From Thermoanaerobaculia bacterium (GTDB taxonomy: Bacteria > Acidobacteriota > Thermoanaerobaculia > Multivoradales > UBA5704): a stretch of 64,000 nucleotides of DNA. A program made the translations under genes and the position numbers. The stretch spans positions 8,118 through 72,117 of the forward strand of contig DASUEN010000170.1 in NCBI GenBank assembly GCA_036275055.1. The letters run 5' to 3'. Below, piece after piece: positions 18,038 to 27,771 of the stretch. The notes beneath the pieces were generated by a model. It saw nothing but the letters and a program-made list of their open reading frames with translations, was not told the DNA's origin and ran no database searches. Position 1 is the first letter of the stretch. Each line of letters opens with the position of its first letter.

Positions 18038-19297
18038 CTACGCCTTGAGGAGAGGAAGGCGCTTGCCCGTCCAGCCCGGGAAGAGGCGGGCGTCGTCCTT
18101 GATCCCCAGGTGCTTGCCCGCGAGCTCGCAGAAGACGGCGCGGAAATCCGTCGTCACCGGCAGGTCCCTCCCCTCGTAGAGGGCTGCCGTGGAGAGGCCG
18201 GGGAAGCTGCCGTGCACCTTGCCGCCATCCACCTGGTTGCCGAGCACGAAGAGGCAGGAGCCGTGGCCGTGATCCGTGCCGCCGGAGCCGTTCTCGCGCA
18301 CGGTGCGGCCAAACTCGGTCATCGTGGTCAGCAGGACCTGGTCCTGGTAAGGGCCGAGGTCCGTCCAGAACGCCTGGATCGACTCCGCGAGATCGCGCGC
18401 CTGCCGGTTGAAAGTGCCCACCTGCTGCACGTGCGTGTCCCAGCCGCCGGATTCGGCGAAGGCCACCTCCAGCCCCACGTCGGACTTGACGAGGATGGCG
18501 ATCTGCCGCAGGGCATTGCCGAGCGGGCTTTGCGGATACTCCGCTCCGTTCGCCGGCTTGTAGCCACGGATCTCGGCGGCCGAAAGCATGTGGACGGCGC
18601 GGAAGGTCTCGTTTCCCGTGTCGCGCAGGAGCCCCTGGGAGGTCTGCTGATAGAGGGTCTCGAATCCTTGCCCCGCCGCCGCGGCCGTGCGGTCCGCGCC
18701 CGGCAGCTCGACGCGGAAATCCGCGAGGTTGGTCACCGCCAGCGCCGGCTCGTCGCCGTAGAGGGAACGCGGGAGCGAGGTGGTGAGGGCCACGGCGCGG
18801 AAGGGCGAGCTGTCGTGCCCAAGGAGCCCCACGGCGCGATTGAGCCAGCCATTGGGAGTCCCCTTGCGGCCGGGAGTGCCCGTCTCCATGAAGTCCTGCG
18901 CGTCGAAATGGGAGCGGGTCGGGTCCGGCGACCCCACGGCGTGGACGATCGCGAGGCGCTTGTCCTGCCACAGGGGATAGAGGGGCGCGAAACCCGGATG
19001 GAGGCCGAAACCCGTCTGGAGATCGAGCAGGCCCGGCTCCGTCGACCCTTGAGCCGCGCTCAAAGCGAGCCGCGGCCGGAGCGACTTCAGGCTGTCGTCC
19101 ACCGGAGGCACGGCGGCCAGGCCGTCCATGGCGCCCCGCTGGAAAATTGTCACCAAAACCTTGCGTTTGCGTGAAGGGGTCGCGCCCGTACCCGTCGCCG
19201 CCTCCGCCGTGCGGGTGAGGAAGCTCGGGTTGCCAGCCACGCCAAGGGCGAAAAAGGCGATGCCGCCGCCTTTGAGAAACATTCTGCGAGTGAACAT
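18038..19297 (-). CDS. DUF1501 domain protein (sulfatase-like fold), Tat signal
   Basis: MFTRRMFLKGGGIAFFALG.. twin-Arg leader. ..GGWDTH.., ..GSGGTDHGHG.. Confidence 0.85.
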   Translation of the reverse strand: MFTRRMFLKGGGIAFFALGVAGNPSFLTRTAEAATGTGATPSRKRKVLVTIFQRGAMDGLAAVPPVDDSLKSLRPRLALSAAQGSTEPGLLDLQTGFGLHPGFAPLYPLWQDKRLAIVHAVGSPDPTRSHFDAQDFMETGTPGRKGTPNGWLNRAVGLLGHDSSPFRAVALTTSLPRSLYGDEPALAVTNLADFRVELPGADRTAAAAGQGFETLYQQTSQGLLRDTGNETFRAVHMLSAAEIRGYKPANGAEYPQSPLGNALRQIAILVKSDVGLEVAFAESGGWDTHVQQVGTFNRQARDLAESIQAFWTDLGPYQDQVLLTTMTEFGRTVRENGSGGTDHGHGSCLFVLGNQVDGGKVHGSFPGLSTAALYEGRDLPVTTDFRAVFCELAGKHLGIKDDARLFPGWTGKRLPLLKA

Positions 19298-19319
19298 CGG
19301 GTGCTCCTATGAGTCTTCT

Positions 19320-19366
19320 CGTTGCTGATCGGTCCGATCCGTCCAATCCGTCTGATCCGTCCGATT
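19320..19366. repeat. 9-bp tandem repeat CCGTCYRAT (x4) in the DUF1800-DUF1501 intergenic spacer
   Basis: gatcggtccgatccgtccaatccgtctgatccgtccgattg. Confidence 0.7.
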
Positions 19367-19371
19367 GCCCC

Positions 19372-21381
19372 TCACCGCCGCTGAAACTCCGGCGAGCCCA
19401 AAATCACCCCCACCACCTGCTCCAGCGGCGTGGGCGGCCTGCGGTCGATGGGCTCCTTTGTTTCATCCCCCAGCTTGCCGCGCACCTTCACGGTTTTGAT
19501 CCCGCTGGCGCCCATCGTCTCCGGGCCGCCGCTCAGGACCTCGTCCTCCGCGTCGCCGCCGCCCGGCGCGCCCTTGGCGTCTTTCGGCGAGGCTTTGTCC
19601 ACCTTCTTCGCCAGATTGGGATCGGTCACCATGGGGGTGAGGAGCTTCAGGGTGGAGGCCAGGTCGCGCCCGGGCATCAAGAGGCCGCTGTAGGTCTTGA
19701 GAGCCGCCTCCCGCGACTCGGGCTCCCGGCCGCCGTCGAGGGCCGGGAGATCGAGATCGACCCCCTTCACCCGGCCGGCGGCGAGTTGGAGGCCGAAGTT
19801 CATCCGGTTGAGGAGCGAGCCCGTGTTCACCCAGGCCTCGGCGCGGTCGGGATAGCCCGTGGGCGCCTGGTAGGCGTAGAGGGGCTGGCCCATACGGGCG
19901 ATCCACTTCAGGGTCTCCTTGGGATCGTCCAGCCGGCTCCCCGTGGCGCGCAGAGCCGAGGCCGCGAGCTCGAAGGGAGACTTGACCTTGGCGCCCACGG
20001 CCTCCTTGCTCCAGAACTCCGGCGACTCGGCGATGGCGATCAGCAGCCGGCGGGAATCGCCCCCCGTCTTGAGATAGACGTCCGTCAGCCGATCGACCAG
20101 CGTCTGCGGCGGATGGTCCGAAACGAAGCGGACGGCGAGCTGCGAGGCGATGTGGCGCGCCGTGGCCTTGTGCGCGGCGAGCAGGTCGAGCACGGCGTCG
20201 CCGTCCTCGATGCCGCGGCCGGCAGGGAAACGGGTGCCGAGGACGGTTTTCTCGCCCGCGTCGTGCTGATCGGCCCGGAAGAGGAACTCCCCTTCGGAAA
20301 CGAAGCCGAGGCCGCCGGCCTTCTCAACCCGGGCGAGGCGGTTCTCCGCCTGCTCGCGGGCCTTACCCGGGGGGAGCACGGTCCAGCCGGTAAAGGCGCG
20401 GGCCACCTCGATCACGTCCTGCTGGCTGTAGCCGCCGTCCACTCCCAGGGTGTGGAGCTCCATCAGCTCGCGGGCATAGTTCTCGTTGAGTCCCTTCGGT
20501 CCCTTCTTCCCCGCACCCGCGGCTTCCCCGGCCTGCTGCTGCCGTTGTTGCTGCGCTTGTTGCATCTTCGCGAACCTGCCGCCGGCACGCCCCTGGAGGC
20601 GCGGCCGGCGGGCGATCTCGTCCTGCATCGTCGTGGTGGCGCCGGCCGGAGCCGCGGACTGGGCATTATCGAGATAGATGAGCATGGCCGGGCTCTTCGC
20701 CGTGGCCTCCAGGAGGTCGCGGAAACGGGCCAGCGAGTAGGGGCGAATGGCGTCCCGCTCATAAGGAAGGAGGTAGGCGCGGGCGCGGCCGTTGGTCAGC
20801 GAGACGTTGAAGTGATTGAACCAGAAGTCAGTCATCACCTCGTTGAGCTGGTTCTCGGACTCCACCGCCCGCGTCAGCTTCTGCACCATGAGCTGACCCG
20901 TGAGCTCCTTCTCCGGGTGATACCCCTGCTCGCGGGCCCAATCCATCACCTTCTGGCGCAAGGCCTTCTTGTCGTCTTTCTGGAGATCCTTGGGATCCGT
21001 GTCCTGGGGCAGGACGCCAGCCTCGCGCGCCTGGCGAAAGACGAGCCCGGGGGGCGGATAGGTGCGGACGATCTCGGCGGTCGCCATGTGCAGGGCCGGC
21101 AGCGTATGGAGGTCCTCCTCCACCTTGCCATCCGGCAGATCGCCGCCAAGCTGGCGCTCGAACCAGCGGTCGAGGCCCATCTTCACGACCGCGTCCACCT
21201 CCCCCGGACGGGGGCCGAACGCGAAGCGATTCAAGAGGTGAGCTGCCGCCTGGCGCTCGCTGAGCCCCGCGGCCTTCCAAGGCAGATGAACCGACGCCGG
21301 CTTGTCGTCGGCAGCCAAGCCGCCCCAGGCCACGAAAGCGGCGAGGGAAACAGCGGTCAAAGCGGTGAGGATGGTTTTCAT
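19372..21381 (-). CDS. DUF1800 domain protein, secreted
   Basis: Start set at MKTILTALTAVSLAAFVAWG (cat at 21379-21381). ..LLNRFAFGPRPGEVD... Usual upstream partner of DUF1501. Confidence 0.8.
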   Translation of the reverse strand: MKTILTALTAVSLAAFVAWGGLAADDKPASVHLPWKAAGLSERQAAAHLLNRFAFGPRPGEVDAVVKMGLDRWFERQLGGDLPDGKVEEDLHTLPALHMATAEIVRTYPPPGLVFRQAREAGVLPQDTDPKDLQKDDKKALRQKVMDWAREQGYHPEKELTGQLMVQKLTRAVESENQLNEVMTDFWFNHFNVSLTNGRARAYLLPYERDAIRPYSLARFRDLLEATAKSPAMLIYLDNAQSAAPAGATTTMQDEIARRPRLQGRAGGRFAKMQQAQQQRQQQAGEAAGAGKKGPKGLNENYARELMELHTLGVDGGYSQQDVIEVARAFTGWTVLPPGKAREQAENRLARVEKAGGLGFVSEGEFLFRADQHDAGEKTVLGTRFPAGRGIEDGDAVLDLLAAHKATARHIASQLAVRFVSDHPPQTLVDRLTDVYLKTGGDSRRLLIAIAESPEFWSKEAVGAKVKSPFELAASALRATGSRLDDPKETLKWIARMGQPLYAYQAPTGYPDRAEAWVNTGSLLNRMNFGLQLAAGRVKGVDLDLPALDGGREPESREAALKTYSGLLMPGRDLASTLKLLTPMVTDPNLAKKVDKASPKDAKGAPGGGDAEDEVLSGGPETMGASGIKTVKVRGKLGDETKEPIDRRPPTPLEQVVGVILGSPEFQRR

Positions 21382-21483
21382 GGGCTTCGGCTCCTGGTGG
21401 CTGGCGAGTGTCTCCATTCTGAACCTGAAACCCTGGAGGGGGGTAATTCCTGCGGGGGTGGGCGGGCCTGATATCCTCCCTCC

Positions 21484-23376
21484 GTGAGCGAACCGGCCGA
21501 CCTCCACGAAGAAGAAGTCCTCGGCAAGGCCTACGACGCGCGCCTCATGCGCCGGCTGCTGGCCTACCTGCGTCCCTACCGGGGGATGACGGTGGGCGCC
21601 CTGGCGCTGATCCTGGCTTCGTCCCTCTTCCAACTCGTGGGACCGCTCGCCACGGCCGTGGCGCTCGACCTCTTCATCCGGCCGCGGGGGACCGAGGCGC
21701 AGATCTCGGCGCCCAGCCTCTTCATCCGCCACCAGCTCCTGGCGCGCGGGATCGACCCGGCGCAGATCGCCGTGCCGGGCTTGACCGTCACCTCCCTCAT
21801 CTTCCTGGCGGCGCTGATCCTCACCTTCATCTCCCTCTATGCCCAGGGCTACGTGTTGCAGCTCATGGGGCAGTACATCATGAACGACCTGCGCCGGCAG
21901 ATCTTCGGCCATCTCCAGCGCCTCCCCCTCGCTTTCTTCGACCGCAACCCCATCGGCCGCCTGGTGACGCGGGTGACCACCGACGTCGACGCCCTGAACG
22001 AGATGTTCACGGCCGGCATCGTCACCATCTTCGGTGACGTCCTGGTCCTCGCCGGCATCGCGACCATCCTTTTCTGGCTCGACTGGCGCCTCGCCCTGGT
22101 GGCGTTCTCGATCGTCCCCCTGCTCCTGCTGCTGACCTCCTGGTTCAAGACCAAAGTGCGGGAGAGCTTCCGTGAAGTGCGGGTGAAGATCGCTCGCATC
22201 AACGCCTACCTTCAGGAGCACATCACCGGCATGCCCGTGGTGCAGCTCTTCAACCGCGAGGCGCGGGCCTATGAAGACTTCGACGGGATCAACGCCGCGC
22301 ATCGCGACGCGAACATCCGGTCGATTTTCTACTACGCCGTCTTCTTCCCCGGCGTCGAGCTGATCACCTCCGTCGGCACCGGCCTGCTGATCTGGGTGGG
22401 CGGCGGCCGGGTGCTGGTGAGCGCCCTTTCCATCGGCGGCCTGATCGCCTTCCTTCAGTATGCCCAGCGGTTTTACCAGCCGCTTTCGGACCTCTCGGAG
22501 AAATACAACATCCTGCAAGCGGCCATGGCCAGCTCCGAAAGGATCTTCCGGCTGATCGATACATCGGTGACCATTGCCACGCCGCCGGACGCCTACAGCC
22601 CGGAGCGGGTGAAAGGGGACGTCGAGTTCGAGGACGTCTGGTTCTCTTATAAAGAGGACGAGCCGGTGCTGAAGGGCGTCTCCTTCCACGTCCGCCCGGG
22701 CGAGACCCTGGCCGTGGTGGGACACACGGGCGCCGGCAAGAGCACACTGGCGAGCCTGCTGCTCCGTTTCTACGACATCGACCGCGGCGCGCTACGGGTG
22801 GACGGCGTGGACGTGAAGCAGTGGGACCTCGCCAAGCTGCGGCGCAGCGTCGCCATGGTGTTGCAGGACGTCTTCCTCTTCTCCGGCAGCGTCGGCGCCA
22901 ACATTCGCCTGGGAGAAGAGTCGATCGACGACGAGCGGGTGCGCTGGGCAGCGGGAGAGGTGCACGCCCTCCCCTTCATCGAGCGCCTGCCCGGGGGCTT
23001 CGACGCCGCCGTCCGCGAGCGCGGGGCCGGCCTCTCCGTGGGTCAGAAGCAGCTCATCGCCTTCGCCCGCGCCCTGGCCTTCGACCCCAGCATCCTGATC
23101 CTCGACGAGGCCACCTCCTCGATCGACACCGAAACCGAGCAGCTCATCCAGAAAGCCCTGGACCGTCTCCTCGTAGGCCGCACCAGCGTCGTCATCGCCC
23201 ACCGCCTCTCCACCATCCAGAAAGCCGACCGCATCCTCGTCCTCCACAAAGGAGAAGTCCGCGAGTACGGAACCCACCAGGAGCTGCTGGCCTTGCGGGG
23301 GATCTACTACAGGCTTTACCTGCTCCAGTACAAGGATCAGGAGGGGGCGGCGGTGCGGGTGGGGGTGGGGTCGTAG
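21484..23376 (+). CDS. ABC exporter, fused permease/ATPase (MsbA-like)
   Basis: GTG start. Six-TM domain. GHTGAGKST, LSVGQKQLIAFARAL, ILILDEATSSID. Confidence 0.9.
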   Translation: MSEPADLHEEEVLGKAYDARLMRRLLAYLRPYRGMTVGALALILASSLFQLVGPLATAVALDLFIRPRGTEAQISAPSLFIRHQLLARGIDPAQIAVPGLTVTSLIFLAALILTFISLYAQGYVLQLMGQYIMNDLRRQIFGHLQRLPLAFFDRNPIGRLVTRVTTDVDALNEMFTAGIVTIFGDVLVLAGIATILFWLDWRLALVAFSIVPLLLLLTSWFKTKVRESFREVRVKIARINAYLQEHITGMPVVQLFNREARAYEDFDGINAAHRDANIRSIFYYAVFFPGVELITSVGTGLLIWVGGGRVLVSALSIGGLIAFLQYAQRFYQPLSDLSEKYNILQAAMASSERIFRLIDTSVTIATPPDAYSPERVKGDVEFEDVWFSYKEDEPVLKGVSFHVRPGETLAVVGHTGAGKSTLASLLLRFYDIDRGALRVDGVDVKQWDLAKLRRSVAMVLQDVFLFSGSVGANIRLGEESIDDERVRWAAGEVHALPFIERLPGGFDAAVRERGAGLSVGQKQLIAFARALAFDPSILILDEATSSIDTETEQLIQKALDRLLVGRTSVVIAHRLSTIQKADRILVLHKGEVREYGTHQELLALRGIYYRLYLLQYKDQEGAAVRVGVGS

Positions 23377-23509
23377 GGCCCTCGCGGGGTAGCCGATCGG
23401 TCTCTGGCTTCGTAGCGAGGCGGCTCAGGTTTTGGTAAGCTCAACGGCGAACGAGGGCTCGGGTGAAGCATCGTGCTCGGCCGGATTACGAAATTCAGGA
23501 GAGGTTCGG

Positions 23510-23737
23510 ATGAGCGCTTCCACTGCTGCTTCGGTGTTTGACCTCAGCCCATCGGAGAAGCTTCAACTCGTTGAGGATCTATGGGATGACCTTGCGAGTA
23601 CCTCCAATGCCGTGCCGGTCCATGATTGGCAGAAGCAAGAGCTCGCCCATAGGAAGGCAAACCTGGCGGAGAATCCAGCGTCTGGCCTGACCTGGGAAAA
23701 AGTGAAGCGACGGTTTCGTGACCGCTATGGCCGCTGA
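23510..23737 (+). CDS. putative addiction-module antitoxin (75 aa), orphan
   Basis: AGGAGAGG RBS. ..LSPSEKLQLVEDLWDDL..VPVHDWQKQEL..R... Its stop overlaps the ATG of a truncated downstream ORF. Confidence 0.6.
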   Translation: MSASTAASVFDLSPSEKLQLVEDLWDDLASTSNAVPVHDWQKQELAHRKANLAENPASGLTWEKVKRRFRDRYGR

Positions 23738-23925
23738 GTTGATCGTCGCGCCGGCCACCTCCTCGACCGAAACCGAGCAACTCATCCAGAAAGCCCTGGA
23801 CCGTCTCCTCGTGAGACGTGCCCGTGTCGTCATCGACCGCCACCTCTCCACCATTCAGAGAGCCGACTGCGTCCTCGTCCTCTAAAAAGGAGAAGCCCGC
23901 GAGTACCGGCCTCCACCAGGGACTC
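23727..23925 (+). pseudogene. chimeric remnant: about 8 codons of a toxin-like start fused to a degenerate copy of the ABC-exporter 3' end
   Basis: 23753-23925 aligns with 23109-23287 (roughly 85% by eye) with a 6-bp deletion and an in-frame TAA at 23883. Confidence 0.75.
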
Positions 23926-23944
23926 CGCATTTCATGGCATGGAC

Positions 23945-24496
23945 TCAGCCTTCGAGTTCGCGGATTCTCTCCTTGGCTTCTTCGATCTGTTTCCTCAGAG
24001 CAAACTTCTGAGAGGAGTCAGCGGCGATAGCCTCTTGCTCTTGGAAAAAAGCCAACTTCTCCTTCCAAAGAGTCAGCGCGCGGCCCTTTGGACTCTCCTC
24101 GGCGGTGGGCGAGATGGTTGCTGGTCTACTTGCATGTGCATCGTGGCCTAGTAGATCAGCGATTTCGCCGGCGAGAGAGGAGAGGTCCTTCTCGATCTGG
24201 ACCGCGCTGCCGTCGGCAAGCGGCCGGCCGTCCTTGGGCCGGGCCTGGATCCCCGCCAGCCAGGCAACTCGTTGCCAAGGGCAAGGCCAAAGGATCAAAG
24301 GGATGATTCGCAAGCCTTCTTCTGCTCGGCGCTCAAGCAGACGGGGCACTTCGGTGCCGCGGATGAAACCGGAGGTCAAAAAGTCGGCCGAGATTAGTAG
24401 AACGGCGATACCGGCTCCCCCCATGGCTACCTCGATCTCGGTTTGCCAAGCATCGCCTGCGGCGATCCTTCGGTCATCCCAGACTTCGAAGACCCC
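23945..24496 (-). CDS. remainder of the TIR domain plus coiled-coil tail (frame B, continuation of 24427..27699)
   Basis: Frame is open from 24496: GVFEVWDDRRIAAGDAWQTEIEVAMGGAGIAVLLISADFLTSGFIRGTEVP..RIIPLILWPCPW.. then ..LWKEKLAFFQEQEAIAADSSQKFALRKQIEEAKERIRELEG. Confidence 0.75.
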   Translation of the reverse strand, partial: GVFEVWDDRRIAAGDAWQTEIEVAMGGAGIAVLLISADFLTSGFIRGTEVPRLLERRAEEGLRIIPLILWPCPWQRVAWLAGIQARPKDGRPLADGSAVQIEKDLSSLAGEIADLLGHDAHASRPATISPTAEESPKGRALTLWKEKLAFFQEQEAIAADSSQKFALRKQIEEAKERIRELEG

Positions 24497-27400
24497 TCAA
24501 GCTCCAGGACACGCAACTGGCGGAGGAGCTTATCTTTCCATACCTCGTCTTGGTGGCTATAGCTAATGAAGACTTTGGGCTTCGATCGCTCAGTCATAGG
24601 GTGCCGATCTCCTTTAGTCAATGGAACCGAATGCAAGGCAACATGCGTCATAGCGCTGTGGACGAAACTCGAGAGGCGGAGAGACTCGCCAGGTTGTATT
24701 GCAGACCCTTTTGCTACAGTTAGGACCGCCTCTCGGCCCAGCCGGCGGTAGCTCTCGAACTGCGCCTCGCTGCTCCACGACTCGATCTTCTCCTGAGGAA
24801 ACTCAGGGTAGGACCGGGCATAGGTGACTATTTCGTAAGGCTCGCTGCCACAAAGCATCGGCTTGAAAAAGATTAGTGTGCCATCCCTCGCCCCGGGTCC
24901 ATCAACTGCGGAGTAGCGAATTAGGCCGAGTGCGCAGTAACGAGGCGCACTGTTTGCGTTTGTGAACGAAGGCATCTGCTCTTTCAGGTCGATTGGCACC
25001 CCGGTCTCAACCTGCGTCCTTTGCAGGGCTATGACCAATGCCTCGTAGGTGTAGTTCGGGTCGTATCCCGCGTCGCATACAACAATTACTCGGCAACGGC
25101 GTCGGATCATTTCGGTTAGGCCGAGGGGGTCGAGCCGGGCTCCGCTCGATAGTTTTATATAAGGGGTCTGTTCGCCCGCCGTACCGAAGGCATGCCTTAG
25201 TAGCAGGGTCACGCGGTTCCTCGGCCCGTTATAGCGGGAGGATCGACGCCCGCAAGGCCCCGGATTGCCCATCCATCTCCCAATCCCCACACTCAAAATC
25301 GCGAGCGCAAACCTGAAGACTGGTGGTTGGTATGGCTCCGCATCCACTCCCGCGATCGCCGTTGTCCGCTCCAAGGACAGTCCCTGCTCTCCGCCGTAGA
25401 CCTGGGTTCGCCGGTAGCCGAGCCCCGCGCTACCGCAGTGCAGTGGAGACGCCGTGAAATTCTCTAGCCGGCGTTCATTCCAAGAGAGTTCGCCTACATC
25501 CATTACCTCCATTGCCATTTGAGTCAACAGTAGAGGCCGGTTACGCTGCAGGTCGTGGAGATAAAGAGGGTCCGTTGGACCTGTACTCGAGTTCAGGCCG
25601 CGAAGTCGGTGGCTGGCAGCGAGATAAGCACGGGCAACGCGCTCCCGCAACATCATCTGAACCGAAAACCGGCTACCACTGGCCAAACGCCCTAGCGCAA
25701 TGCCAAACCCTAAAAGGGAGAGAATGACAATCAGTAAGAAGAACGTATATAAGGAAAGTTCCCGTAGTTCCCGTGGATAGTAATAGTAGAAGGCATAGCC
25801 ACTCCAACTTGCGGGGAACGCACGAAGATAGCTCTGTGCACAAATCGAAATGAAGGCGAGGAATGTTCCCCAGAAAAAGGGGGGCACGACGACGAGCAGG
25901 AGTCTTCTCCCCAGGAGGCCTATTGCTGCCCTTTCCTTCTGTCCTGCACCTGGCCGGCAGAGCCAGAGCATCACTCCGCCGAAGCCCACTGCAGCCATCA
26001 GCAGAGCGCACTTCTTTAACAAGGTCCAAAATATACTTGGCGCGTAGAATGCTAGAATGCTAGCGCTCGACCAAAGAAGAATGGCAACGGCGATCCACTT
26101 CGACCAACGGAGCCACAACTCGCGGCTGACGGTAGCAACCTCGGTGGGATAGCGACCTCCTTCAGCGAGGCCGGTCACGGCAACGAACACCGCATTGCCG
26201 ATCAACATGGGTCCAAGCACAAGCCCAGGTCCCAGGATTTCGTAAAGCGAATGGGGGGCGCTTACGATCCAGGGAAGCCAGCCTTTGAGGGCCAAGGTGT
26301 ATATCGCCATCTCCACCACGCCGCGGCAAAGCAGAGCGACGAGATCCACCCAAAGAAAAGAGAGTTGGCGCCCAAACGGCCATCTTTGGGCTAGGACCCC
26401 GGCCACCAGAGCCACCATTGGCACAACGATTGACCACATCAGGCAGCACAGCAGCACATCAGGTGTGTACAGCACGTGCCCGGGATGTCGACTGCTGAAA
26501 AAAGAGACAGAAAGAATAATTAGAGACGTGGCCAAAAGCGTCAAATGGAGCGCTAGTTTGAGGCGCAGTGGTCGGGGCAGAATCCTCTCCAGGGATTTGT
26601 GCACCGGGTGGGCACTGACTCGCAGGGAGTTCATGAAGAAAAGTGCAACGCCGTGGAGGCAGATAGCTATCCACCAAAGACTCTTTGGGCTCGGAATCAG
26701 TTCTTGCATCCAAATTGGCTTAGAGATGGTAAGAAGCGGCACCACCAGAGCCGCGGCTAGGATCGGCAGGAGGACGAACAGGTCGAATGCGAAGTCCACC
26801 AAAGACGCCAGGAAATTTCCTTTCTGTGTGAGGACGTTGCGGTGATGGCGCAGGAACCTGACTGCCTCCTCTTCTTGGCTCTCCCCTCCGAGGTCGCTTG
26901 GTATTCTTTGCGCAGTCTGATCAGAGCTTCCAGCTCGGTGGGTCAGAGCGACGAACCAACTTGCGATAAAGCTTCCGCCCGAAACACTCGACAGGTAGTC
27001 GAATCTTGAGAGCAGACCGATCTTAGCTAGACCCTGCATGACTCCGAGACCAAAGATCGCGCCTCGCACCCCGTCCCCTGCTAGGCAAAGCCCAGCAAGG
27101 CCATCCGTGTCAACGTCCTCCGAAGATCGCCTGTGTATAATCCGGCGTAGCGCGGCAAGCCTCTCTTTCTCGTTTGCCCGAGGATCACTGACCATAGAAT
27201 CGGCTGCGAGTTCCACCCTCCAGCGCGGTCGGAGCGCTTCATACTCCTCTCGAAGCACCTCGGCAGCAGTGAGAACCCGATTGACTCCTGCCACTAGGCC
27301 CACCGCGATTCTGCGCGGCTCCGAGCCATAGACAGTAACCTGGATCCTGATCACGGCCTTGGCTTCTTGTCCCTCCTTGCCGCCGCGGCATGCGACAGGG

Positions 27401-27699
27401 ATCGTGACTCGAACTGGCTGCTGGGAGTCGAGCGCTACGATCTTTGCTGCCTCCACCGCAAAGCGAAACAGACCGACCTCCTGTATCGGCTCAACCTCGA
27501 CCCGGAGATCCTTCACCGCTTCCGGTGCACAGCCAACAAGAAGGATGATCTCCCGTCGTTCGTGCCCGCCCTCTATCCCGAGTTCGAACACCACAGGGTC
27601 CGAAACGGCCCTCAGGGAGAAGTTTTGTGTCTCCAAAGGTACCTCCGAAACAAGTATGGCTCTGTGTGAGTGTAACTCACCAGCCAGAGCGTGCAGCAA
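24427..27699 (-). CDS. patatin-like lipase domain split by a polytopic membrane region, then the first part of a TIR domain (frame A of a frameshifted gene)
   Basis: GLCLAGDGVRGAIFGLGVMQGL; FDYLSSVSGGSFIASW; about 10-12 hydrophobic helices; ..RRRCRVIVVCDAGYDPNY..; KVFISYSHQDEVWKDKLLRQLRVLELEG followed by 20 junk codons. Confidence 0.75.
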   Translation of the reverse strand: MLHALAGELHSHRAILVSEVPLETQNFSLRAVSDPVVFELGIEGGHERREIILLVGCAPEAVKDLRVEVEPIQEVGLFRFAVEAAKIVALDSQQPVRVTIPVACRGGKEGQEAKAVIRIQVTVYGSEPRRIAVGLVAGVNRVLTAAEVLREEYEALRPRWRVELAADSMVSDPRANEKERLAALRRIIHRRSSEDVDTDGLAGLCLAGDGVRGAIFGLGVMQGLAKIGLLSRFDYLSSVSGGSFIASWFVALTHRAGSSDQTAQRIPSDLGGESQEEEAVRFLRHHRNVLTQKGNFLASLVDFAFDLFVLLPILAAALVVPLLTISKPIWMQELIPSPKSLWWIAICLHGVALFFMNSLRVSAHPVHKSLERILPRPLRLKLALHLTLLATSLIILSVSFFSSRHPGHVLYTPDVLLCCLMWSIVVPMVALVAGVLAQRWPFGRQLSFLWVDLVALLCRGVVEMAIYTLALKGWLPWIVSAPHSLYEILGPGLVLGPMLIGNAVFVAVTGLAEGGRYPTEVATVSRELWLRWSKWIAVAILLWSSASILAFYAPSIFWTLLKKCALLMAAVGFGGVMLWLCRPGAGQKERAAIGLLGRRLLLVVVPPFFWGTFLAFISICAQSYLRAFPASWSGYAFYYYYPRELRELSLYTFFLLIVILSLLGFGIALGRLASGSRFSVQMMLRERVARAYLAASHRLRGLNSSTGPTDPLYLHDLQRNRPLLLTQMAMEVMDVGELSWNERRLENFTASPLHCGSAGLGYRRTQVYGGEQGLSLERTTAIAGVDAEPYQPPVFRFALAILSVGIGRWMGNPGPCGRRSSRYNGPRNRVTLLLRHAFGTAGEQTPYIKLSSGARLDPLGLTEMIRRRCRVIVVCDAGYDPNYTYEALVIALQRTQVETGVPIDLKEQMPSFTNANSAPRYCALGLIRYSAVDGPGARDGTLIFFKPMLCGSEPYEIVTYARSYPEFPQEKIESWSSEAQFESYRRLGREAVLTVAKGSAIQPGESLRLSSFVHSAMTHVALHSVPLTKGDRHPMTERSKPKVFISYSHQDEVWKDKLLRQLRVLELEGSSKSGMTEGSPQAMLGKPRSR

Positions 27700-27771
27700 A
27701 GGCTGCGGCGCTTACTTGCCAGTAGGAATACACTCAGCGATCGAGCGGCTGTCCGTGCCTCACTGCCCACC

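Noticed and set aside
21382-22725. Upstream extension of the DUF1800 ORF to 1117 aa (track ORF 19372..22725).
   Set aside because: The extension runs antisense through the ABC exporter gene and is low-complexity. A proper signal-peptide start (MKTILTALTAV..) exists at 21381.
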